Shown: piece after piece, positions 37,961 to 51,017 of the stretch
Layout of the letters: every line of letters starts with the position of its first letter
How positions within the stretch are numbered: the first letter of the stretch is position 1
DNA from: Mercenaria mercenaria
Lineage: Eukaryota
Direction of reading: 5' to 3'
DNA length: 64,000 nt
Assembly (NCBI RefSeq): GCF_021730395.1
Contig: NC_069372.1
Coordinates: 64,284,221 to 64,348,220, forward strand
Program-made: the position numbers and the translations under genes
The notes under the pieces: model-generated
The model's input: only the letters and a program-made list of their open reading frames with translations
Told to the model about the DNA's origin: nothing
Database searches by the model: none

Positions 37961-38094
37961 CTTTCATTGTCCTGTCTGATGTATGTCTGCGGACCAACTT
38001 CCAACCGTGTGACATTTTTGTTCTGGTCTAGAACATGAATGTAATAATACGGTGGAATTCGGAACAAAGATTCATTTTCTTTTCTAGTTGCCAT
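37961..38094 (-). CDS. MVP: Major vault protein, exon 1 (ATG at 38094-38092; [44 protein letters not shown]..)
   Basis: Translation of the minus strand matches the MVP N-terminus (human [42 protein letters not shown]). A GTAAAT donor follows ...AATGAAAG at 37961. Ends in phase 2. Confidence 0.85.
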
Positions 38095-41000
38095 GGTTAT
38101 TGTTTACTGAAAATAGACAAAAAAAAATATTTGATTCCTTACACTATTCTGAACAGTCAAAAAGGATATTCAAATGAGCCTACATGTACATTACTTAAAA
38201 ATTCCTTTTTAGTATATCTATATTACTGATACATGATGTCCATGGTTGTGGGGAAAGGAGGGAAAAATCCTGTCATAATGATTAAAACAGAGGGGAACAG
38301 AAGCAATATTTTGGACAAATATGTCCTGTTTTTGGAGAAAAAAAGTTTACTAGTGAAAAGCACATTGTCAGTTTTAAATGTTAAAAGTTTACATTATATA
38401 CTCTTTTGGAATATGTTAAAACATGTTTGGATGGGAATTTCTGTCAACTTTGGGGGAAAAACGTACTTTTAGGAAAGTGGATGGGGCAAAATATCAACCC
38501 AAAAAACAGCGAAAATAAACTATGCCATATCTCAAACATAACTGCATATATACATGTAGCAAAACTGAACCTACTGTGAAATATTTTACCAATTCACAAT
38601 TTTCCCTGGTAACTAAATTCTAATGCAGAGAGAACATGATACAATCTCACCAATAACTGACCAACACATGAAACCAGTATTTCATACATATGGTAAATCA
38701 ATAACCAAGCAAAGTCGGACACATAGATCTACTTTCTGCAGATGAGTTACTCTTCCAGATACTGCTCTGTGCTGCTTTGCCTTCGATGGAGCATAACACC
38801 TGCATTATATTACTTCCCAGACAAAATGAAGGCTAGAAATATTGCTAAATGACCTTTGTTTACATTTCACTAGATTGTATAAAACATGTACAACACCCTT
38901 CCTTACAGCAAGAAGATTTATATATAGATGCATAAAAGAGGCCTGTTTTAAAAATACTAAATTGTCATGTTATCTTCAGATTATTGATCAAAAGCATATT
39001 TAAATTTCAGTACTGTTCTTAGATAATGTGCCCAAAAAACTACAGAAACAATTACATGTATGTTCTGCTCTTATAATTGTACTCTAAAACCTGAAATCTT
39101 TTATAACTGTATAAAACATACTGTACCTAAAATATTTCCAATTTCTGAAGCATTGATTTTAATAAATCACACAGGTATATACATGTACAGGTAAAAGCTA
39201 ACAAATTATCTGTTCTAACCTCTCTGAACTTGCCCATCCTACCTTTAATACACTAAATAAATACACAAACCTCCGACATATAACAATGTATAATATTTCT
39301 ACCACACTACCCACTTACCCAGACAAGATCTAACTCAACTAAATAATTAATATAAACCTTAAATATTGACTGTATTGTATTAATTTTCACTTGGTCTATT
39401 GATTTTCCCTCTGTTGGATTATACAAAAATAGAGTATAAAGTTTGGCCAAGGTGAACTTAAATATCTTTCTGACATAGAGTTTCAAAGGAACAAAATACT
39501 GTTATTTCTGTTTCTGTGTATTATAATTCATGACGAGATTTTCATGTTCAATATATAACATTTTATACTGACATAGAAGATATTGGTCAAATGGCTGTGT
39601 CTATAATATGTAAAAACTGATAAAATTTCGAAGAGTCAGCATAAAAGCTACAGAGTGATTAAAAAATATATAATTACTTTTGTGTATTTCAACAATAAAA
39701 TTCTAAACTTGTGGAAAAAATGACAAATTTTTGCTCAGCAGAGCCTCTCATTTCATTCAGTTCAATATAAAAAGCCACTCATGTATATCCTCTATATAAT
39801 TCACAATATGAAACTAAATTACTATTATACATAGGATTTACAACTTAGGAAAATGTAAAAACTGCTTGGCCTGAACCACCAAATTACAAGATTTATCACA
39901 AATATTTGACATTCCACCTACCTAATGGACAGAAAACTTCTATATACAGTATTATTGTATTATAGTCCTGTTATGGTTGGTTTATATATTACATGATGTT
40001 TTGGTTGTACCTTTAAACTATAAAGTTGTGACATAGAAGGTTGTCTGATAAATACAATAATCACAAAATCTCCAAGGTTAAATGTCACAATATAATGATC
40101 AAATACATGTATAATTATCTGAAAATATCAGTTTTCAAAATAAACAAAAACACTCCGATAGAAAAGTCTTAAAAGCAGTTTAATATGCAATGTTATACAT
40201 GTACATTTATAATTTTAATATTTTAACAAATAATCAAAAGTATTACTTTGATGTACCTATCAATTTATAATTTCTGTTTTCAATAATTTTATACTGTAAA
40301 ACAATTTATATGCTAGAAAGCATAATTAATTCTGGCATTCTCTTTTCATACAATATCATGTGTGTTCCATCTTGTATCTATATAAATATTTTGGAAAATT
40401 AAAGACTTACTTACATGCAGCTATTAAATGTTAACCCACCCTATCCCAATGCCATAATTCAGTGACTAGCAAACACCTACCAGATCTATATATATATTTT
40501 CCAATATAGTGCCTTGTCAGCACTGAGAAAATCAATTTTTGTCCTTTGTACAGTATTATTTCACAACCAACTAGCAACCTTGAACATTCAATTATATCTA
40601 TAGTTGTTTGTGCAATAGTCCGTATCTTTGTCAATGTAAAAGAAACAGTCTACCTACATGTTATTACACGAATTATAGTAAACATTGTGAAATGTTCAAC
40701 TCGGTCATAACTTTATATAGCCTTGGTTTATAATAATTTATGTCTGTGCTTTCTTGGTTACAGTCCAAATATGCAGGTAACATTATGTGGTCGTCTTTTC
40801 ATTTAATTAATGAAAAAATGAATGGAGAATATATTGGTAATTAATATTCACCATACACTTCTGAATCTGAATCCAACTGGATACACTGCAGGGACCTTTC
40901 AGCATGCATGCAGCGAGAGAGAGAGTTTATGACTAAGTCACTGTGTATGAGGTTGTTTCTGAAGTCCAGGACTGTTTGTGTACACACTGTATCACTGTTC

Positions 41001-41130
41001 AATGGATTCCATTCTACTATCGTTCTTGGAAAGGAGTTTTTATTAGGATCACTGTTGCAGTATATTAGTTTAAAACACTTTTGATGGTTTACTTTTTGTG
41101 CTTACTTCATTAATGGTCCAAATTAAGGTT

Positions 41131-41385
41131 TGTTTTGGGTTTAACGTGATTTTCAACAGTATTTCAGTTATGCAACGGCGGGCAGTTAACCTAACCAGTA
41201 TTCCTTGATTCTGTACCAGTACAAACCTGTTCTCCGCAAGTAGCTGCTAACTTCTCCACATATATTAGCGGTGGAAGACCAATGATTTGAGACACAGTGT
41301 CTTTTATCAAATCGTCACGGAGAACATACTCCTCATCAAGGGCTCGAACTCGTGACCCCGTGATCTGTAGATCTGGACGGGCTTC
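41131..41385 (-). mobile_element. Second copy of the same SINE family, with a 12-bp TSD TCCAAATTAAGG
   Basis: Collinear with 25318-25583 (..ctgtaccagtacaaacctgttctcc..). Direct repeat tccaaattaagg at 41119-41130 and 41386-41397. Confidence 0.6.
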
Positions 41386-42919
41386 CAAATTAAGGCAGTA
41401 TTAGTAATATAAATAAATGAGTATGGATTCTCTATATTCTGAGTTTTACATTGAACAAATTAAACTATTAAAATGAGGCTCTGCAAGGTATTCTTAAACA
41501 AATGTAAAATAAAGAGTAGCAATATCAGAAGTACATGTATAGGCACAAAATACAATTTGGATATATCAAACATAAAATCAAGAGGTGCTATCAGCAAAGG
41601 ATAAGCTATATATAGCTCTCATCGGTTAAAATCACCAGAAAATTTATAGTTTTGGAAATTATTGGATAATTTTTATATAAATCAATGAGGAATAGAATCC
41701 CCTTTTGATACATGTAAATTTTGTTTGAATTTATGGCCAATTCGTGACATAATCTGCATTTAAACCTAAAGCATGTAAAGCGTCGGCAGCGGTGAAATTT
41801 CATCGGAAATTTCCTCCACTATTTTGATCTTTGGAGTGTTTGACGCGAGTGGAGATATTGTCCATATGAAAAAATTATCTCAATATTTCCTACGATCCTG
41901 TCAAATTAGTTTGACTAAGCAGTGAACATGCATGCGCACGCCGGGAATCTCGCTGTTTTTACTTATGCATGCGGATTTTGTCGTTTTCATTAATTGCCAA
42001 GCCAGATTCACTCCACTTCTGTTGGTTGAAAAAATGGCGTACAGAAAAATAAAGTTACAAACTCTGACATTGTAAACTTGTTCTGGTGGAACTGAATTAA
42101 TTTAGACCTCTAACTGGACTAAAATGTGTATCAAAACTATTATAAGAACAGACGTAATTATGAATACTTCTATAGTATATCTTAAATGCTAATTTTTGTA
42201 CTAAATGCATGCAGAAATGAGAACATGAACAAAAAATTCGACAATGGACCCTTATTGGGGCCTCAACCATAAATTAGTTAACCACTTACCGCTGAATAAA
42301 AACGAAATGACAGTCAATGCAGAATGCAAGACCACAATTCAAAGCAATATTATAACTAGAAAACATGCACTGAACACAAAATAATACCTATTTCACAGTA
42401 AATAAGCAAATCCTTACCAGTTGCGATATACCAGTTGCTACCTGCGCAACACATTCACTTCCTGAAGAAGAGTACCGCCTTGACGTCATGTACGCTAAAA
42501 ATAGAATTGACGCCCAAACTTGAATTCGGCTTTGCAAATTTCTTCAGTCTTCTTACTGAAAACCAGTCAATCTATTTTTGGAAATGATTCGTTTAGTTGA
42601 CGTATGTACGATGAATCTACTGCTCTGACGAAATTGTCAGCAATCCGTGTGCAAAAAAGATATGACTCCCTAATTAATACTATATATTATAAAGTGATAA
42701 ATCAGGGGAAACTCCTCGATATTAAATATAAATTCTAGTCGTTTCTGTTAATATGTTATTGTACCAGATATAGTTATTTTAGTTACATTAGTTTAGCTTA
42801 GTTGTTCTTCCTTTAGAAGCTGTTGATCAGGTCGGCGTGTTGTCACTTCCTAGCAACCGATAAATCCGAGATACAGCAAGGTGAAAGTATCACGTAGCAA
42901 CCCGTAGCGATTATAGTAG

Positions 42920-43270
42920 CGGTACGGGTCGCGATGTTGTTTTCGAATAAAATATATCATAATACATTTTTATTTCTTAATTTTTATTTTTCCCTGTCCA
43001 TTTATAATGTATTCCTGAAAGGTTTTTCTAGTTTTACGGGAAATTATTGATTTATTAGCGTGTCAATAATGGTCTGGTAGAAGTGACATATGTTGTGTAT
43101 TGTCAAGTTTTCGGCGATGTTGTTTTTCAATAAAATAGATCATAATATAGTTTTATTTGTGTTTTTTTTATTCTCTGTTCATTTTTTTTCTCTAATTTTA
43201 CTGGAAATTATCGATTTATTAACGTGTCTAAACTCTGGTGGCAGAAGTGACATGTTGTGGACTGCCAGTT
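42920..43270. repeat. Tandem duplication of an AT-rich unit of about 175 bp (..gatgttgtttt(c/t)(g/c)aataaaata(t/g)atcataata..gtgtc.a..ggt.g.agaagtgacat..)
   Basis: Two collinear copies, 42920-43100 and 43100-43270. Confidence 0.45.
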
Positions 43271-45114
43271 CTTCGGCCCTTCGGATGGCAAGATTCCATT
43301 TGCGTAATATATAAGTTATATCTATGTACATATACATTGTGCGAGAATCCTAAAAATGAATGTGACATTTATATTTTATATCTATTTTCTTTTGTATATA
43401 TTCCAAAAATATTGTCCCTTTAAAAAAATAGATTCTAGAATCTATTTGAATGAAATATTTTGGAACTCAATTTTTTACATAAAACAATGGATGGATTATA
43501 CAATTTTTGTATTATGAAATAAGGGGTTTATTACTATGGTGTCATTAATCTCTTTAAGGTATACTGTTATGCAAATAACAAAAATGTGCATCCACCTGCC
43601 AAGTGTCCAAATAACATAAGTCCCTGGAGGCATAGTGTACATCAAAGGGATAGGAACAGGAAATCAGTCTCTTTGATTAGTGATGGGCATCCAGGATCTG
43701 GACAGAACCGGTCAGAACTGGATTTTACCAACCTGCCACATACTTACTACTCGTCTCCATAGTGATCCCTGTGACTTATGATTGTGTGAATGTCTAATAT
43801 AATTTGAAAAGTAGATCCCCCGGAAGCACCGAGAACAATGCAAACAGTGAAAATTGCAGACTGGGTTTGATTGAATCTGTTCATGAGCATTAATGGAAAA
43901 TGCAACACTGCCCGCGCTCCCTAGCACCGGCTTTTAAAGCGGTATTCAATGTTCAAATTCAAATGAGTTGAAATCAATGATCCCAAATTTAAAGGACCAG
44001 AAAATATAACAAAACTGAGATGAAGTCGGAACGACTTTTTCAAGACTCTTCACTTATGAATTAAGACAAACTAGCTGTTCATGTTGTAGAGATATATGTA
44101 TACTTTATATTTTCATATCTAGATCTATATTTTTTTTTTAAAGATTGTCACATTGAAAAAAAAAAGACTGATTTTATAATAAATGAAATTTATATACATA
44201 ATTGTTTTGTTTTATCCTATGAAATGCTGAAGAAATTATTAGAATAATCCTCTCTCCATTATTCATCACACATTTTTCTGGTTAAATATAGGTGTTAATA
44301 TTACGACACCTGCTAATTAAATCCCACATTGAAGGTGTTGATAGAATAACAGTTAACGTTAATGAATCAACCTTTACAATTATTATCTAGTAACACATTA
44401 CACAAGTCCAAATTAGACCTAGTCCAGAGTTGACAGGGAGTGTTTAGAAATAATTTTATCAAAAATGATTATTGAATTAAGTGAAAGAAGAAAAATATTG
44501 ACAAACAATAGGCCTATTTATTAAAAAACAAACATGAAATTGCTGGAAATGTATTTAAGACAAAAAAGTTTATGAAAAAATATTAATTGAGATTTTATAA
44601 TTGGAGGCCATCTACAGAACGACTGGAATGGAGAGAGAGACCCATTTACCCAGTTTATTTTCACGTCCTTAAACTGTAAGGGGATCGGATTTCTTGCGAT
44701 TATTACGGCATGAATTAAATAAATTTATAATAAAAACTACGGAAGTGCTGACTGCAAATGTAAATATACTTTGCAGTTGGTATCCATTCAGAGCCGTCAG
44801 GATTTTGTCTGCCGCATGCACGACTCCATTTAAATCGGCGATGTATTGTTCAATTTCACGTCAGGAAACTAAAAGAACGATAGGTTTCTCTCTCACAAAT
44901 GATTATAGGTGCATTCTGTAACATTATAAATTTTTGGCATCTTTTTATTTTTCCATTCAATCACTTTAAATTAATAAAAACAATGATCACCCGTGATACA
45001 CACAGTGCTTTCACTTTACAAAATGGCGTCTACTTTCACCTCGCTCTTGTTGCTACGCAACGTTATCGGTGAAGTGCCCGGATATCCGACCTGATCAGTA
45101 GGCCTTTACTTGTA

Positions 45115-45866
45115 GACAGTGGCTAGGATTACGGTACCGTAATCCTAGCCTCCGAGTCTAGGATTACGGAACTTCCGTATTTCTAGACAACCCTACGAGG
45201 ATAGGCTAGGATTACGGAAGTATTTAAGAGGCATCAAGTATATGTTAGGACATGCATAAATGATGTTTTAAACATTTTTTTTCAGTTAAAATAGCGATTT
45301 TTTCATGCCTGTCGTATCGTGTTATGATCCGCCATTTAGGGTTAACGATATATTAATGGCGGCACTCGCTACCGGGTGTATAAACAGAGTAACAGCTGTT
45401 AAAAATCTGTAGTCAAGTGTTAAAAAAAGAGAGACCCCACAAAAAGAAGGAAAAAATCAATAAAAAGGAAGAAAAGAAAGAAAAATCATTAATATGAAAT
45501 AATAACATGCTCTTAACAAAAAACAAAATTACAACACTATTTTTTAAAAAGAAACAAAAGAAAAAAAAACACAATATTTTTTATGGAAATTGTAAAATAT
45601 GGGCATGTAGTCGCCACCATTAATATATCGTAACCCAAAATAACGGATCGATAACACAAAATAGTATGACAGGCATGAAAATCGATATTTTAAGTGGAAA
45701 AAAAGTATGTTTACAGCATAATTTATACATGTCCTTAAATAAATTTGATGCCTCTTAAATACTTCCGTAATCCTAGCCTATCCTCGTAGGGTTGTCTAGA
45801 AATACGGAACTTCCGTAATCCTAGACTCGGAGGCTAGGATTACGGTACCGTAATCCTAGCCACTGC
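45115..45866. mobile_element. Foldback-type element (about 750 bp) with roughly 280-bp TIRs built from perfect 28-bp palindromes GCTAGGATTACGGTACCGTAATCCTAGC and an A-rich centre; candidate 6-bp TSD CTTGTA
   Basis: TIRs begin (GA)CAGTGGCTAGGATTACGG at 45115 and end ..CCTAGCCACTG(C) at 45866. CTTGTA at 45109-45114 and 45867-45872. Confidence 0.5.
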
Positions 45867-46619
45867 CTTGTATGTCAAAATTGTATGCCCAATACTGATG
45901 AATAAAAGTTATTCTATTCTATGCCTATCAGTTTTAGGATAATTCTGTAGTCATTTTCAAAATGCTCCATTCAGGCTCGTTGGGGGAGTGGTGGCGTACA
46001 CGTGTATGTTAACTGCATGAGAAGTTGTTGATTCACGGGTGGTAAACGCGCAATCCAATTCCCACTGGGAATACGCTAAAACTGGATTGCGCGACTTCCG
46101 GTGCTGGTGTTGCGCATCAATATATACAAAATCGAGGCAGGTGGGTTTTTGTTTTTGTAAATAATGACACATTTACGAGTGTTTTCGAAAAAAAGCAAAA
46201 TGCTATTCGACACAAAAATGAATAAAGATCATATGTGTGAAATACCAACTAATTAATTTAAGAATCAGCTCTGTTATCACGAAAACTCTGCTGGCTCGAG
46301 CTGTCAAAAAAGCATGGAATCATGAAAAATGCAAATTTTCTAGCTCTTGTGCCTTCTTTCTGGAAATGTGACCCTTTTAATGACCAAACACGTGTAAAAC
46401 AGTCATGAATATTACATACACTTGAATGAAATGTTGCTTTTGGGGAAAAGATTGGCAAAAAATAATCGGGAATGGGGTTGCGCCCCGGGAATGGAGTTGC
46501 GCGTATACATTATATACATTATGATGTATACGAGTAACTCCATTCCCGATGATTTTTTTTTGTCAAATCTGTAGTCCCCGTAAGCAGGATTTGAAGCAAA
46601 TAATTTTGATATTCGTTAC

Positions 46620-46658
<39 letters not shown>

Positions 46659-48177
46659 CCATATTTGTATAGCACTCTTTTCATACAAAAGAATATACGT
46701 TCAAAAATGCTTAACAATAGAATGAACATACATGCACAATAGATAATTACAAAAATAAAACAATGATACGGATAAGATACGTGTTTAAAACATTAAATAA
46801 TAGTTAAAATTATTAAATGCTAAACACAGTTTACTACATGAAAGTCAAAACAATATCACACTTGCAATATATCTATGCATATGACTACGAATAACACAGT
46901 TTGTCTGGTTAAACACAAATTACATCTAAAACAGTTTACGCAGAAAACAACATTGAAGTGTTTAAAATACGATTCATAACGAGATTAAGAAAAGAATTTA
47001 GATTGATAAGCTGACAAATTCACAGTCGGACTATCACATGCATGTGCATGGTCACTGTCCATAGTATTTTACAAATAAATGTGTTTTTAACGATTTTTTG
47101 AATGATAAGAGTGTTCCATTGTTTCTTATGTCATTAGGTAGAGCATTCCACAGTCTTGGTGCAGCATGTCAGAAACTTCTGTCACCGTATTTTACAGTAC
47201 GTGATTTTTGCACAACAAGTAAATTTGAATTTTGTGATCTTAAATTTCTTGAAGGTCTGTATATATCAAGCATGTCCTTGATGTATTTAGGGGCATGATC
47301 TTGAAGAGCTTTATAGGTGTGGGTCAGGATCTTAAACTCCACCCTGTATGGTACAGGAATCCAGTGTAGTTCTTTAAGCACAGGTGTTATGTGCTCGTTA
47401 CGGCGTGTTCTCGTTATTATACGTGCAGCTGCATTTTGAACGTTCTGAAGTTTGTTTAAACAAGACCTCGGAATGCCATACAAAAAACCATTACAGTAAT
47501 CGAGACGTGAGGTAACCAGGGAGTTTACTAGCGACTTTGTGGCATTGGAGGTAATGTAGTCCCTTATATGTTGTATCTGACGCAACTGTATATAACAAGA
47601 TCGACATACGGCATTTATATGTTTTTCCATGTCCATTTTCGAATCAAGGATTGCGCCTAGATTTCTTACGCTGGATGACGGTGTTATGGTAGACTCGCCA
47701 ACTTTTACTGTAATGTTATCAGTGAGTTTTTCATTTTGTTTTGATGTGAAGACAATGACTTCGGTTTTTTCAGCATTCAGTTTCAGCATGTTTTTATTCA
47801 TCCAGGTGATTATTTCATTGAGACAATGTTCTACTCGTTGTAGGGATTCAATTCTAGTAACAGTCTCTGTTGGCTTAAATGACAGATATAATTGTCCATC
47901 ATCAGCATAGAAATGATAATTGAGCCCATGATTCTCACAAATTGCACCAACAGGTTTTGAGTACATGGTAAAGAACTTAGGTCCAAGGACTGAGCCCTGT
48001 GGCACACTATATTTCATCAAAACAGGGTTTGACACCTCTCCATCAATACAGACAGTTTGGTAGCGCTCGTCTAAATAAGACTTCACCCACTCAAGTGGTT
48101 TGCCTGCAATATCAAAATGATGTTCAAGGCTGTGCAACAGAGTCCCGTGATCAATGGTATCAAAGGCTGCTTTATGA
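46620..48177 (-). mobile_element. 5'-truncated non-LTR retrotransposon (LINE) fragment: C-terminal reverse-transcriptase region (YADDGQLY motif) plus a 3' (AAT)n tail, inserted into the long-TIR element
   Basis: ORF 47169-48137 (minus), 322 aa, with the RT palm motif FYADDGQL and downstream thumb-like sequence. (att)12 at 46621-46657 lies at the element's 3' end. The host element's sequence resumes at 48178. Confidence 0.65.
46621..46657. repeat. (ATT)12 microsatellite (the 3' tail of the minus-strand LINE fragment)
   Basis: Direct reading. Confidence 0.8.
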
Positions 48178-50879
48178 CAGTTGAGTTATCATAAAAAAAA
48201 ACATCAGATGTCCTCAGATTAGGCATATGGGGTCAGAAACTTCCATTTTTGTTGATTTCATACTTTTTTCACGCTTCGTGTCGCCTGAGTTTTTGTGATA
48301 ACGGAGCCGAATCATAAATTACAAACCAGATATTTCACACATATGATGTATTACCATATTTTTGTCGAATAGCATTTTGCTTTTTTCGAGAAAATTTATT
48401 CTTGTCTCATACTAAGCAAAATCATAACTTCACATACCTCAATTTCGTCTTTTTTTACGCACAACACCAGCACCGGACGTTGCGCAACCCATTTTAAGCG
48501 TATTCCCGGCGGGAATTGGATTGCGCGTTTACCACCCGTGTGACTGACCAAATGAAATGTGTCAAGATGTTCCTCTAGTAGAATTAAATGTGTTAATAGT
48601 TGATTAGGGTGAGGAAATTATTTGTTATAAAAAAGTTTAATAAAAAGTTTAATCTTATTCAAATGTTTGAAAATAAGCAGCATCAAATACGGACATTTAA
48701 ACAACACTCATCCAGCAGACTTACTAAAACAAAGAGAAAAAAACACACCAGAAAATCCTCTTTGTTAAACCGATCATTTTTAAAGCAAAAAGTTCTTATA
48801 ACAAACGAAAACTTATGTATATTTTTGGCACAAAATATTCATATTTGAAAGAAAAAACCGAATTAATATATCATACTTTGATTTTTTCTCTCAAAAATAC
48901 GTTTTAAAAAGGGGACCGAAAAAGGGGGACGAAATGACCAATTTGAAATCGCCGAAGGGGACGAAATGACCAAATCGGGGACGGGTTGACTGGGGGACGA
49001 GTTGACTTAGGGGACGAGTTGACTGTAAATCGATGAGGACAAGAACTTGAACAGCAAAGTCTTCTGAGATGATTCTCCCACTAAAAATTACTAACATCGT
49101 ATCTGATAAAGTCTATATGAATATAGTTGAAACTATTTTTCTTGTATGTATATATTGGAAACTTTAAAAATATTCTTGTCAGAAACAGCATGCCCAATTT
49201 TAAAATAATATCACAAAAATGTTTCTTGGCTGACCCCTTACGAAGATTGTTGAAATTCTGTTTCATCAAAAAGCATTGCCACCAAGGGATGTGGTCACTT
49301 TATCCCTTAGTTATGTAGTGGAAACTTTAAAAATCTTCATGTTTGATATTGTCATATCACATCATTTCCTCAATGTCTTACGTACCCTACCTCAACGCGC
49401 CCCCCCTCCCCCCCCCCAAAAAATGCACACATACACATTAACTGCCTGTATTTATTTAGTAGAAACTTTTGACTGTTCACTGTAAGCAAGCAACTAAACT
49501 CAGGTGAGCGATATAGGACCATTTTGTTTTCTTACATTTGCTCCTCGCTTGAAAATGTTTTTGCTTTTATAGATGGGGGAGGATCAACATATCAGCTCCT
49601 TTCTTAGCCTTTAATCGAATGATAAGTGGAAATGAGGACAGTATATACTAAACAAAGAAAATTTAAAATGTTCAACAGACAAAGCCACGTTTCCAAACGC
49701 AGCCTTCCGAAAGTGCAAAACACAGCACGCAGAGGGGCATAAGACCAGTGCACATTGATAAACAAAGTGCAAAGTAGGACACAGCCTTAACTGGCCCGGT
49801 CAGCCGCAAAACCACCACTGGGAACCTAATATAAAATCTGAAAAGTACCAGTTTATGGTGCGCACCCCACCTCACTCTAACCCTGGTCATGTTCGAAAAT
49901 CACAGGACAGTGTAATTAAAAAGTTATCCCGCCAGGCGAATCCCCAACACGCGTAACAGTAACAAAAGCTATGGCATGTGAAACACAAAAATGCAGTTTT
50001 TGATTAATTTACATATATAAAGAGCTAATTTTACGACCACTGCCCCCCCCCCCCAAAAAAAAAAAACACCAAGAAAAAACGCATGTTGCTCAACGCCTTT
50101 GCGGAAGGCATAACATCAAGAGAAACTCCTTTTAAAGCCCGACAAAACTGGCCAAGAAGCTATAACTTGATTCCACAAAACTTTGCTTCATAATTGAACT
50201 AAATTATCTGAAATACAATGTATTACACAAAACATTTAAAGGCATTCTATAACGTGAGGGGTGTTGCCCTTTCCATAATTTTTATGAACAGACTCATTCA
50301 AACCGAGTCTGTTACTTTTTTATTGATTGTATTCTATGCTTCCGGAGAATCTATTTTTACTCGTATGAATGCATTTTATTATATACTGATGTCACAATAA
50401 CAACTAATGTAGAACAAATCCTATGATCTTAAAGTCGCAAAAGTAAACTCTTGTATAGAAAAACATTGTCTTTTGACAAGAGCAAAGATACTTCTTTATT
50501 TTGACCATTCGAAAATAGGTAGTGCTATATGTACTGCACACTAGCTTGCACTTTCATTGGCGGTTAAGATTTTGAATAAGGTTAACTGTAACCACTGGTT
50601 GCATGAGATTGAAAGTTAACACTTATTCACTGTGGTGAGCTGACTCTACTTCAAAACAATGGTCAAAACTAAGTATATAAGCTGGTATTTCAGAAAAACC
50701 ACTGCTGTGTTTCCTGTGGATACACGACATGGAATACACAGGGTCTATAACTCCAGTTTACTTTCTCAAGAAGCTTTAATTTATGTCGGATATGATAGAA
50801 CATTACAACACTAACGATTATTATGCTATATAAGAAGTTTGTTGTTTAACTCCTTAAATAATTTTATTAGAGTTTCATT

Positions 50880-51017
50880 TTTTTGTTGGGTTTAACGTCG
50901 CGCAGAAACAATCAAAATTCATATGACAAATTTCCAACGTTCATAGTGGAGGAGGATCCCAGGTGCCCCTCAGGGGCACGTGACCTTATAACCACTCGGC
51001 CACGGAGGCCCCGACAG
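50880..51017 (-). mobile_element. Short SINE-like element with a different tRNA-like head (GGGGCCTCCGTGGCCGAGTGGTTATAAGGTCACG..) but the same 3' tail (CGTTAAACCCAACAAA)
   Basis: Minus-strand reading shows a tRNA A-box-like GCCGAGTGGTTA. The tail is shared with the two SINE copies above. Confidence 0.4.

Larger units (their letters stand above)
46034..48540. mobile_element. Copy 2 of the same long-TIR element, split by a nested insertion (46620-48177)
   Basis: Left part 46034-46619 and right part 48178-48540 are collinear with copy 1. Flanking 5-mers TGATT and TGACT match at 4 of 5 positions. Confidence 0.6.

Noticed and set aside
42470-42495. TGACGTCA (CRE palindrome) upstream of MVP as a promoter element
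   Set aside because: It is a single 8-mer about 4.4 kb from the MVP ATG, with no supporting TATA or initiator and no transcript evidence. It cannot be distinguished from chance.
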